A stretch of DNA of 63,652 nt, counting the filler, from Atractiella rhizophila (Eukaryota), in assembly GCA_021432655.1 (NCBI GenBank). It is 3 parts of 3 records of this genome, joined end to end, with 100 filler letters (N's around TTAATTAATTAA, not from the genome) between each part and the next. Parts side by side here need not be neighbours in the genome. Positions count along the whole stretch, not along the records: positions 23,928 to 47,634 come from MU271798.1; positions 47,735 to 63,652 come from MU271823.1; 1 more part is not named here. One strand, written 5' to 3'. This document shows, piece by piece, positions 37,724 through 49,230 of the stretch. The notes under the pieces were generated by a model. The model searched no databases, was not told where the DNA came from, and worked only from the letters and a program-made list of their open reading frames with translations. Position 1 is the stretch's first letter. Each line of letters starts with the position of its first letter. A program made the position numbers and the translations under genes.

Positions 37724-38096
37724 TTTGACTCTGTGAGTTGGCTGAAAAGGATCTCAAGGAACTGGTCGTCGTTGGGCTGGATGCAGGCGCTTGGCTCGGG
37801 AACTCGCCTTGTTTCCAACACGTGACAAGACAAGAGCCAGATATTATAATAGATTTATATTATAATAGATTTATACATTATTGGGTTTATATGGAAAGTC
37901 GGTGACAGTAAATCTGTCACGGCTCAGCTCACCAGATGCCAGGATGAATGAGCTTGAAATCCAGTGAGTTCAAATGCCATTATCTCTTTCCTTCCAATCT
38001 GCATTGACACTGGCAAGAAGTTGACATGTCTCTGTATGCAGCGGCTATGGCTACCTCCACTCTTTCCAGCTTCAGAAGGATCGGAGTAGTCGTGTC

Positions 38097-39566
38097 GTGT
38101 TCGCCATCACTCCGGCTTTCTACAAAACGGGCATCACACAAATCCACTGTTTCCTCCGTCCCATGGTTAAGTCCAATGCAAAGGATGCACCGCACTTTCT
38201 TGTCATCCCATCTTCACGAGGGAGGATCTGCGTCTACATCGAGCCAGATTATGCTTTATGTCAAAGAATTTCTCTGACAAGCCAGCCCGATGAGGCGAGA
38301 GAGCCGAGTGATGGAGTGTGGATGGAAATCCTGGTTGATTTGTCGATGGATCCAACTCGAAGGTGGTACCTCATCGCGAAGCTCGTACCTGAGTCTCCGG
38401 AGCCACATTCGAGGTCGATCTGGGTTATGGCGAATTGGACGGAGGATGTAGACACTGACACGACTGATGGTGTCGTTGTCGTCCAGTTCTCCGCAAGCAG
38501 AGGAAGATGCGTTGTTCAAGAGCTTCCAACGGAAATTCTGGAGTTGATCTTTAGTTTCCTCGATCTTGCAGACTCCGATAGCTTTTGGTCAACGATTTCA
38601 GCAGTCTGCGACAAGTGGAAAGCCATGGTCTCAGCATATGATCGAGAGCCTCGATCTTGCCGTGAAAAACTAGAGAAGCTGTCTGCCTCTCCTCATGCTG
38701 AGAGGTTTTGGGAAATTTTCGATTACAGGTTTGGAGACCTCCGCTGCGACATTCCTTTTCTCCTTTCTCAAGCTTTACGGATTCGTCGCATTCGAATTTC
38801 AGCCCTGCCTCTGAAAATGGAGCGAAGCGCAATCCTCACTGCTTTGTCGAAGCTGGAACATGTCCAACAACTCATTTTTGATAACGATTACACCCCTCAT
38901 CAATCTGGTCAGGGACCCGGTGAACCGTGGAACTGGGGAGAAGTTGAGGAGCTACTGCTGAGAAGTAGATGGAGGGCTAACTTGCAAGACCTCAATCTGC
39001 GAGAAATCGATTGCGCTCCTGGTCAACCCCCATTATCGGCAGAAGCATCACACTTACCATCGCTCCGCAACTTCTGTTTGAGTCAATGCCACTTCCCGAG
39101 TCCATTTGGCGAAAATTTATTGCAATCCTCGTCCTATAGCAAAATCGAACGCTTGGAAGTTTTTCACGACTTATCAATGGAACCATATCGCTTTCCGACA
39201 GCTTTATCTATAGCTTACTTGAATCATCTTACTTATCTCGCATTGGATGGAGTGCATGACAACAGCAATTTGCTGCCTTCCGACTTCTTCACCAGCTGCA
39301 TGTCTAATCTCCATCTGCTAAACAACTCACAGCTAACTCGAGTGATCATCAATTTTTGTTCTCTCGACTTTCAGGACTTCATTCCCTTCATGACCTGGTA
39401 CTTTGGAGAGGAACGATGGGCAAATAGCAGCTGGAAACGATGTTCGCTTCAGGTCCAGTTATATTTTGGGGATTGGGACGAGGCACAAATTGTGATGGCA
39501 AGGGCAAAGGCTCCAAACACTGGTACAAGGCTTTTTAAGCCATTGTATGTAGCCGAAATGATATGA
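38097..39566 (+). CDS. F-box protein with an LRR-like C-terminus
   Basis: 489-aa ORF with ELPTEILELIFSFL...ISAVCDKWK followed by Leu-rich repeats. Start is uncertain. Confidence 0.8.
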   Translation: MFAITPAFYKTGITQIHCFLRPMVKSNAKDAPHFLVIPSSRGRICVYIEPDYALCQRISLTSQPDEAREPSDGVWMEILVDLSMDPTRRWYLIAKLVPESPEPHSRSIWVMANWTEDVDTDTTDGVVVVQFSASRGRCVVQELPTEILELIFSFLDLADSDSFWSTISAVCDKWKAMVSAYDREPRSCREKLEKLSASPHAERFWEIFDYRFGDLRCDIPFLLSQALRIRRIRISALPLKMERSAILTALSKLEHVQQLIFDNDYTPHQSGQGPGEPWNWGEVEELLLRSRWRANLQDLNLREIDCAPGQPPLSAEASHLPSLRNFCLSQCHFPSPFGENLLQSSSYSKIERLEVFHDLSMEPYRFPTALSIAYLNHLTYLALDGVHDNSNLLPSDFFTSCMSNLHLLNNSQLTRVIINFCSLDFQDFIPFMTWYFGEERWANSSWKRCSLQVQLYFGDWDEAQIVMARAKAPNTGTRLFKPLYVAEMI

Positions 39567-39779
39567 GCCTCCCATTCCTTGAAGCGCAACTCCTTCTTGA
39601 CTGTTTGACTGAACTCCTCACAACTTTTCTCACCGCTTACGATAACACGCGAGAAACAGATTCAGCTTGTATAGAGGAGCAACGTATGAAGAACTAACTT
39701 GTAGAGTTTATTATACTGCTTTTCTTGTGTCTATCACTCCTCCGTAATGTAAAGCGACATCCCAAGGAGACGAAAGCGT

Positions 39780-41680
39780 TCATTCAGCGGCTAGGCAGGA
39801 GAGCCAGGCTGTCTGACTGATGATTTGTTGGAGATCATATAGGGTAGGATTGTTTTGAAGGTTAATACGAAGTGTCACAGGTGAGAGGTGTGTGCAAACA
39901 ATGACGGGCTAAAGAAAGAAGATGCCATGTTTCTGTACAGTAGAACATGCCTCAATAAATTAACGACTAAATCAGCAAAGGACACACCTTGGAGAGAATA
40001 GTCTTCTGAGGAGAGTCGAGAGGCAGCGGCTCATCGTCGTCTTCATCATCCTCCCGTGAATCATCAATCAGTCTCTTCGCACGGCTGCCACGCCTTTGAA
40101 TCTTCCCCTTCCCTTCCGCATCTGGACGATGCACGATCCCGTTCCCACTGTCGTCCATCACGAGATTGGTGAAACTAACATCTTTTTCCGTCGAATCGGG
40201 CACAACGACAGATTGCTGCCTGCTCCAGCTCGTTCCAGATTGATTAGCAGGCGGGAGGTAGTCCACTTCCATTGACGAATCTAAATCTCCAACAGGAAAG
40301 CCCTCATCCATGTCAATACCTTGCATCAACTCCTCAACCTGTTTCTGTGACAACTGTGACGGATTTGGAGCTCGTGTGGAGGGATTCAAAGATGCCATTC
40401 TCGAGGCAGTTGCTGAAGTTCCCGTTGGACGCGTCGGATTAGTTGGAGGTGGTACACTCGCTTTCTCCCCTTTGACTATTGTTCCAATATTTGCCGGGTC
40501 TCCAGGAAGAGTGGCGAGGACGAACTCGATGTCGACTAGGGGAGGGAAAAGCTTGATGTGCAGGGGATCTCCGGCAGTTGAGAAGAAAGCTTCGATTGTG
40601 CTCTCCAGGGAGTCGGCGAGAAAGATTATTGCCTAAACAACTTGACTATCATTCTGGAAAGACAAAAGGAGAGCTCACTTTGAAATCTTTCAGATTAATC
40701 GTAATTATGGACTCGCCAATAACGTTGTACTCGTCAAAGTCTTCAATGTCTGGACTAACTTCCGTACTCGTTCCCTGGGGCCGATGCTTCTCAGAAGCTA
40801 CTTACACCTCTCAGCAATGCGATTCCACAAATAAAAGAGAAGGCAAACTTTTGGCTCTTTTGCCTTTAGGAGCACCAACATAGTCATCGCTCTCTTCCAG
40901 ACTCTTCATCTTTATTCTATCCTCCCCGAAGAGCATTGTGATTTCATCTTTCCCATTTCCTCCTGAGCCTTGGAAATGATCCATGCTGTTAGAAGTCAGT
41001 TCCTTATTAGAAAAGGCTATGCAGAAAGTCCTACAGCTTCTTGAGCTTTGATGCACTGATGCTCCAGCTTGAGCTGGTACTGGATTGAGTGGCATTTGGA
41101 GTAAGAATTGTGCCCTGGCTGTAGTGCAAACGATGAGTCTTTGTCACGCCTGCATCCTATGCGCATCATGCCATGTCACCTCACTACGAGTAGACGGACC
41201 ATGTTTGCAGTCAAGCCTGACCACGATTCTACACTCTCCCGCGTTCACCCCACTGTGCAACGATAGGTCTTCTTCTTCCTCTTCTTCAGAGCTCTCTTCA
41301 CGCTTTCTCTTCTTCTTCGCAGTGCTGCCGCGGGTAATCGGGCTGTCTGAAATGGAGAAGGAGACTGATTCAACAGCTTGAGAAGCCTGAGTCGTTCTTT
41401 GCTTCAACGTCGACAGGATTGCCTTAACAAAGCTCAACTCAACCTTTCGACCAACCCACTTCTTCCACGATGAAGAACGCACTTTTGTGATAGCTTGCAC
41501 GCAAACTGGACTGCCCTCCTCATTCCGAGCTCTTTCCTTCCCTTTCCCCTTTATGGATTTTGGGCTTCCGAGCGTGAACTTGTCGAAGAACTCATCCTTG
41601 AAAGAGAAGCGACAGAACGCAGAGCGTGAGGAGTTCACGGTCGATAGGTGCATGTCATATGCGCGTGGGACGTTCATGGT
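39780..41680 (-). CDS. multi-exon hypothetical protein
   Basis: Minus-strand ORFs 41144-41728, 40811-41095 and 39967-40398 with coding-like composition and flanking splice signals. No family recognised; boundaries approximate. Confidence 0.5.
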
Positions 41681-42004
41681 CAGCTCTTGACTGAACTTGG
41701 AGACACATGAGAGGCATTTCGTGAGCACTTTTCACAGGTCAGATTCGCGACAATGAAGAGTATAAGCCAAACGTTTTATGTTAGGTGCTAATATTGTGAA
41801 GTCCATCCGTGTCTGCTCTTTTTCGTGGTCGTGAATTCGTGATCGTGTTGAAGACGCGTCGGAGAATGCAGAGTGTCCGCATTTTTTGTGAAGGAGTCAG
41901 GAAGAGCAAGATCACCACAAGTCTTTATAACAATTTTGTAGACCTGTAACGACTGGCAATATCTTGGAACGAGCATCAACGGACCCCACAGATTCTCCCG
42001 CAAA

Positions 42005-44671
42005 ATGTCAGAAGCGATCCGACAAGTCTTCAAAAAACGGGCAGCTCAGGACGAAACTGCTCTCGTCTGCTTTCTAACAGCAGGCCATCCCAATCCAGAC
42101 ATCTTTGTAGACCTTTTATTGGCCCTCGAGAGAGGTGGAACGGATATTATTGAAATTGGGGTTCCTTTCACGGATCCTACAGCTGATGGACCAGCGATAC
42201 AGGAGAGCAATCAGGTCAGTTTGTCTGCTTCTCTACCTTGAGGGCATTGGGGAACATACTCCTGTTCAGATTGCTTTGAATCATAAAATTGATTATCGGA
42301 AGACACTTGGTTTTGTCAAAGCTGCAAGAGAGAAAGGTCTTAAGACTCCGATCATTCTCATGGGTGCGCTGGAGTCTTCGATCAATATCCTGTGCTAAAG
42401 AATGATCAGGTTACCTCAACCCTCTTCTTGCTTATCGCGAAGAACAAGCTATCAAGGATGCAAAGACCTCAGGTGCCAATGGTTTCATCATCGTTGACGC
42501 ACCTCCCGAGGAAGCTGTCAAATTCCGTAATTTCTGCAAACAAGAGGAGTACATCTCTCTCCGTCCATGAAAGAGATAATTGATTCTTGTGTAGGATGTC
42601 ATATATTCCTCTTATTGCTCCGTCCACTTCGGACAAGCGCATAAAACTTCTCACCAGCATCGCAGACACCTTTGTCTACGTCGTCTCAAAAGTGCGTTTG
42701 CTCGCTTTCCTCCCGTGCCTCTTTCATCATTCAAACAGATGGGCGTCACTGGCGCCAGTTCTACGGTTTCTGCTACGCTCAAACCGCTTCTCAATCGCAT
42801 TCGAAACTTGACGAAAGAGAGTTCCGATCATGAGAAACCCCTCGCCGTAGGCTTCGGAATCTCGAACCGCTCACACTTCGATCAGGTCGGCTACCTGTCC
42901 GAAGGCGTCGTTATCGGCTCGAAAATCGTGCAGATTCTGAAGGACGCGGAAGAGGGTAAGGAAGCCGAAGCCGTGGAGGCGTTCTGTCGAGAAGTCAGCG
43001 GAGGACACGATGCGCGGTCAAAGAAGAGTGATTACAAGCCCCAGACTGAGATAGGTGCTATGGACGAGGGAGCTTATCCTCAAAAACAAGTCGTTGTCGA
43101 TGGATTACCTGTGATCACTGACGAGCTCCCACCGCGCTTTGGAGAATTTGGAGGGCAGTATGTGCCAGAGGCTCTATTCGACTGCATCGAGGAGTTGGAG
43201 GCGGTTCACAAACAGGCAATGAGAGATCCAGAGTTCATTAAAGAACTCGAGAGCCATTACACCTACATGGGACGTCCAAGTAACCTATACTACGCTGAGA
43301 GGTTGACTCAAGAGACGGGAGGAGCGCAGATCTGGTTGAAGAGGGAAGACTTGAATCATACGGGTAGTCATAAAATTAACAACGCGATGGGACAAGTTCG
43401 TTGCCCGTCCCTTACAAATATTTGCCATTGATCAAAAATGTGTAATAGATTCTCCTAGCGAAGCGATTAGGGAAGAAACGAATCATCGCAGAGACTGGAG
43501 CTGGACAACATGGTGTGGCAACTGCTACAGTCTGTGCAAAGTTTGGGTATGAGTGTGTCATCTACATGGGAGCAGAAGATGTGCGGCGGCAAGCTCTCAA
43601 CGTATTCCGCATAAACCTGCTTGGTGCCAAGGTATGTGTTCACAATGTTTCTAAAAAATACTGAGTAAACCTTTCGCAGGTTATCCCGGTCAAGAGCGGA
43701 AGCCAGACTCTCAAAGATGCAACAAGTAGGTAATATTTCGATCCAGGGAAGCCCTGCTCACCTGAGGGTAGATGAGGCTATGAGGGATTGGGTTACGAAT
43801 CTTGCTACAACGCATTACATTATCGGCTCAGCTATTGGTCCTCATCCCTTCCCTACGCTCGTTCGAGATTTTCAATCCGTCATCGGCAAAGAAATCAAGA
43901 CGCAGTTAAAAGAAGCGACAGGGAAAGCACTTCCGGATGCCGTGGTTGCTTGTGTTGGAGGCGGAAGTAATGCAATTGGGTATGTCTACCAACTTGCAAA
44001 TGTGCAGGCCTAATGTTTTGTAGGACATTCTACCCTTTCATAAACGATAAGAGTGTTCGCATGGTCGGCGTTGAAGCTGCTGGTGATGGTAAAATTTTGA
44101 TTCCACTTTACCAGTCCATACTTAAATACGGTTGTTGTAGGATTAAACACAGACCGCCACTCTGCCACACTTTCAAAGGGTACAGTCGGCGTCCTGCATG
44201 GTGTGAAGACATACTTGCTCCAAACACCGGACGGCCAAATTATCGAGACGCATTCTATCTCGGCGGGTCTCGATTATCCAGGCGTAGGCCCTGAACATGC
44301 GTTTTTGAAGGATATTGGACGAGCGGAGTATGTTGCTGCAAGCGATGAGGAAGCGCTGCGCGGGTTTCGAATGCTCACCGAGACAGAGGGCATAATACCC
44401 GGCACGTTTTCGAGTTTTCCCTAACGAAGAAAAGCTCATGGAAGGATAGCTTTGGAATCATCTCACGCTATTTGGGGAGCTGTTCAACTGGCAAAGACAA
44501 TGCCGAAGGATGCAATAATTGTGGTGGTATGGATTTTTCTCTTCGTGTCCCGTCCACCTCCAACTGAAGTTGCGTTAGACTTTGTCTGGAAGGGGAGACA
44601 AAGATGTCCAGCAAATAGCAGAAATGATGCCCAAATGGTCAGAACGACTAAACTGGCATATTGGGGCTTGA
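42005..44671 (+). CDS. TRP5: bifunctional tryptophan synthase (alpha-beta fusion)
   Basis: [52 protein letters not shown] (PLP lysine); [30 protein letters not shown]. Confidence 0.98.
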
Positions 44672-44767
44672 ACCGTCGCATTCGGCATGCTGTAATTGGT
44701 CAATAACTGTGTTGTATTCAATTCTGCAACATGCGACATGTGTAAACTGTGTCCATTCAAACCTCAT

Positions 44768-46600
44768 TTAGATTACAAACCGTGAGGTCCAACCACGATA
44801 CTGCCAATACACAGGATACAAGTCCGCCCACTCAGGTACCCAATCTTTGGACTCTTCCTTCCCTACGAGCGGAAAAGGACCAAAGCGAGCTTCATCCCAA
44901 TTGCACCTGAAAAACGCCTTAAAAGGCCCTGGAGGGATATTGTAGATGTAAATGCTGACTTCTTGCTCCCAATCATTGACGAGTGTCCACGAAAAGTCAA
45001 CCTTGTTGTATCGCTCCTCCTGGATGTCGCAAGCATACGGGTTGATTCCCTTCACTTTGAGATACCCATTCGACCGATCACGCCTTCGCTCCAGTATCTG
45101 CAACCCAAATTGGGAGGAACGTCTGTCCATTATATCAATTGCCACCGTCGCATCGGCCCTGCCGTACGACCAATTCCACGTCATCTTGATGTCCTCTTTT
45201 TTCGCCCACGGTATCCGTTCCACTACCCTGCGCAGATATTTCTCGTGTCTGCCAGATGCTGTGATGGCACTATGGAGAAACGGACCGTCAATATTCAATG
45301 TCTGTTGCACGTCGACTCTGAAGGGATAGGCGGAGCTGTAAGGCACGACAAGGAGATTGAATACGGTCAGTCCGATTGAGAGGAGCAGGACGACGGCAGT
45401 GACTGCTTTGGGGATTCGGTGGGCGTATACTGCGAAGGGGAAGAAAAGAACAACAAAAAGCTGAGTGGCGAGTAGGGCCTCTTTGAAATCAAGTGAGTAA
45501 GGATGATCAGAGATGATGGAGGAGGGGACCCTACCTCCAAGGCGCGACAATCCCCAGGTCTCCCATTCTTTCAATCTGTAGACCGTGTACCAAATAAGGA
45601 ACGGGACCACGACGATGATCTGGAAGAAAGCGGCGAGAGCTTCATCCACGTCCACGGTGTGGAGGGAGAGATTCCATCTACTTTGTTTGACGCGTAATAG
45701 AAGAGGTGTGGTCTCACCCGCCTCGGTTGTATCTCCTTGGTCTGCGTTTCCGGCAAGATCTCTAATAGTCTCTGAACTTGTGACGGGAGCTTGGTTCATT
45801 TCTGGCAGAACAGGCGCGGTATTTTTCGAAACGCTTCTAGCAGAAAAGACGAGGGAGAGAATCTGGCCAAAAAAGGCCAGATACGGTGAGATGTGGTATT
45901 CTCCATAGGCATTTGTAACCATGTCAAAAAGGTTGATGACCGCAAAGATCCAAAATAGCCAGTAAATCTGTGTCGCAATTCTGTAGCACTGGTTCTCGAT
46001 GGGAGACATGAGCTGAATCGGTCCTACGAGGAAACTGAAAGCAGCACCGGCAAGCATTAGATAGGTCGCTGTGGGCCAAGAGTCAATCACTCCTGGATTG
46101 ATTGTGTTAACATTGAGGAGAGCAGATAGTTGGCCTGCGAAGCAAATGACGACGGCCAGAGGAAGGCGACCCCATCCACCCCTTAGGCTGATTCTCGACC
46201 GTCCGAGCTTCTCCCGGAAGTAGAGCACGATTATAGGAGAGAAAGGTGTGAGGACCAAGTTTAGACTTGTAGAAGCTGACCAAATTAAGTGAGCATCTCA
46301 ATGGAAAAAGTGTCACACGCAAAGGAGGAGCACTAAATGCCTACCTTGATTTGGCTGAAGAAACATTGTTGTTCTGCTCAAAGTCGACCGTAGGAGGGTA
46401 TGTCGCAATATCAATGTTTGGAGTTTCTTTCCTGACCGCCGTGCTGATGGAAGAGGCCTTCAATTCCAACCAAGATAACCCTGAACATATATTCGAGTTA
46501 AAGAACGCAGCAGAGGATGCATGTGTGCAGTACTTCAACGGCACTCACCTTTCGGAAAGGTCCTTTATCACCTGGGTTAAACCTGGTTAGGCGTCTTCGA
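44768..46600 (-). CDS. polytopic membrane protein resembling the TM and C-terminal part of the Pff1/ERMP1 M28 protease; 5' end unresolved
   Basis: 496-aa ORF with many TM segments, an ETTPLL sorting-like motif, VVPYSSAYPFRVDVQQTLNI and C-terminal VPEWA. No clear M28 zinc-ligand motifs upstream. Confidence 0.55.
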
Positions 46601-47634
46601 GGCTGCTTGCCTCGGTCGTCCTGTCTCCTGCTTAACGACGAGGTTTCGAGTTACAACTGCACTCAGTCCAGTGATACTCAATTGTGTTAAAGAGCCGAAT
46701 GTTATTGCCCCACCTGACTTGAGCATCCCGTTTATCCCTTGGCAATCTTGTTCGAATGTTCTTCCTTGTAGTCCTGCGCGGTCTGTTGATTTAAGTTGGC
46801 AATGAAGCTCATGATATTTTGCGCCAAGTGTATATAGCTACTGGTATAAACACTTGACCTGCATTGAACTTTCTCTGCGCCTTCCCTTGTTCAGCTTCAG
46901 CATTACGAGGAGGCAATCGAAGCGCAGTTTTTGCAGAGCCTTCACGAACTGTGATCGCAATGCTTGTGTTTCGAGGCATATCAGTGAGTGCGTGAATCAT
47001 AGGCATATGCATAGTATTTCGCAGGTGCCATAGTCATGAACGTAGTCTTGACACCTGCCATCGCCAGCATCCGAGTGTTTCCCCTGGCGGTTCGGGACGC
47101 TTTCCCCTCGCCGTATTCGTGTTGTTCCTCGGCACCACTATCTCCCTACTAGCGCTAATCAGGATCAATCCTGCCTTCCTGGAGCTCTGGATTTCCCGTA
47201 CTCACCTCATGTCCATCAGAGCGACGATTTCTTTGCTCCTTTGGATGCATCTCCTTGCTCACGGCACATAGTCATTCAAGTTTACAACCGAGCTCTTTTG
47301 GTTTTTCCTGGGATCTCTTCATCTCGATAGCCACGGAGCAAGGAGGATAACATCCTTCCGCTTTCCTTGCCTTTCGAGCCCCAGACGCTCACCTTCAACT
47401 TTGCCGCCACACGCTTGTCGACATCACCTGCGGCGACTGAGCTGACTCCAACTGTAGTAGATGACGGAGAACCTGCGAGCGACACGGAGGCTACTCCTCT
47501 CGCGGCAGGAAAAGCTAAGCCTCTCATTTCTCACGTAACTCATGCTAATGACTGCATTGGCCATACCTGTTCCTGAATCATTTTTAGCGGTACAACTCTT
47601 CCACCTCACTGCTCTTCCCGTCGCGGTGTGCGCA

Positions 47635-47734
47635 NNNNNNNNNNNNNNNNNNNNNNNNNNNNNNNNNNNNNNNNNNNNTTAATTAATTAANNNNNNNNNN
47701 NNNNNNNNNNNNNNNNNNNNNNNNNNNNNNNNNN
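47635..47734. other. assembly gap with artificial six-frame stop linker
   Basis: N-run, TTAATTAATTAA, N-run. Confidence 0.95.
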
Positions 47735-49076
47735 GGGCAGAACGGTATGGAGGAAGTACGCCGCAGAGATGGGGATGGGGTTACTGCACTTCTCCCTAGC
47801 CGGTGGTACATTTTCTCTTCCCGCTTAGTTTCCTTAACAATAATAAAATGGTATCATCGATATGCAACAGGTTTCTCCTCTCCTCCACTTGTGACCATTC
47901 TCTCAGACTCATCCACCAACTATCTCACATCTCAAAAACCCCGAGCTGTGCTCCATCGATTATTGGAAACACTACAGTGGGTGTTGGACGCGATGGAGTT
48001 CTCGCTCGACCCTTCGAAGGACGGAGAAGAAGGAGGTAGAGCGTGGGAGGCCACTATCAGAGTCAGATTCTTGCACGAGGGGGTGAGGAGGAGCATAGGA
48101 AAGAGGAAAGAGTGGAAAGAAAGCGAAGAGGTACCTATCAATCAACTGTGAGAATCCTGTCTATGGTGCTCCTCTCGCTTCAGGAGGAGGAGCTCACGTA
48201 TTGGAATTATGACAGACAAATGATCGCCACTCTGGGAAGCTTCTGCGTCGCAACTATTTGGAGCGTGGAACGCATTGGCATTCGTGTGAGCGACGAAGAG
48301 AAGGTGGCGTTTCTGGAGCTGTGGAAGGTTATTGGGTACTTATACCGTCTCTGCTCTCATCTGCTATTCTGTAAAACTGAAGAAATCTGCATAGCTGGTA
48401 TTCTGGCGTCGACCCGATGCTCCTCACCACCTATTTTTCAGATTTCAAATCGGCGTCGACTTTCTTCCTCACCGCATCATACCACCTCTTCTCTCCTCCG
48501 TCAACTTCCAGCACAAGCACTGCAACCTCCAACCCTTCAACCTCTTCAGATTCATCAGACAACCCTACCCTGCGCATCCTCCGCGCCGTCTCGCATCAAC
48601 CACCGACCTACTCTTCCTTCTTCTATCACGTGCAACTCTCCCGTCTCCTTCTTGGTAACGCCCTTGCCGACCGTCTGGCTCTCCCTCGCGTGCCTATCCG
48701 GGCTCGGATACAAGCAAGGTTGACGTTCCTCACGGCTCGCTTGTTTGTTGGTTTCGGACAGATGTGGAGAAAGGGATGGGAGGAGGAGAGGAGGGAGGTC
48801 ACGTTGAAGGTGCTGAGGGTAGTGGTTGTGAATGTGTTTGGAGCAGGAAGGAGAAGTAGGTTTGAGAAGAGGGAGAGATATGAAGACAAACTTGGTGAGG
48901 GAGAGGGGGAGATGGAATATGACGCTGGAGAGGGAGGGAAAAGAGCTCGAGAATTGGTTAAACGCTATAGAAGATTGGTGGCGGAGATGGTTACTGTTTT
49001 GGGTGTGGGAGGCGCTGGACTAGCAATTTTAATTTTTAGATTGTCCAGATGGCTTAGAGTAAATCGCTTAGTATAG
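47735..49076 (+). CDS. ER-bound oxygenase MpaB/DUF2236-like protein, 5' end cut by the gap
   Basis: LLHFSLAGGFSSP; RLLETLQWV; WEATIRVRFLHEGVR; PINQ..MIATLGSF; AFLELWKVIG; C-terminal TM. Confidence 0.85.
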
Positions 49077-49230
49077 CATCTCTACCTTATTTATTCGTTT
49101 CGTTCTTCGACTTCAAGTTCAGTTATTGCAGTTTAGTCGGTGTTCATTAGCGAACAGTGTGATTGTATAGAATTACAAGTGCCAATGTGTAAACTGTGTA
49201 CATCACTAAATACCTATACCTATAACTGAA

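Noticed and set aside
42005..49076. Secondary-metabolite cluster around TRP5 and the MpaB-like oxygenase
   Set aside because: No backbone enzyme, the neighbours are housekeeping genes, and an assembly gap separates the two.
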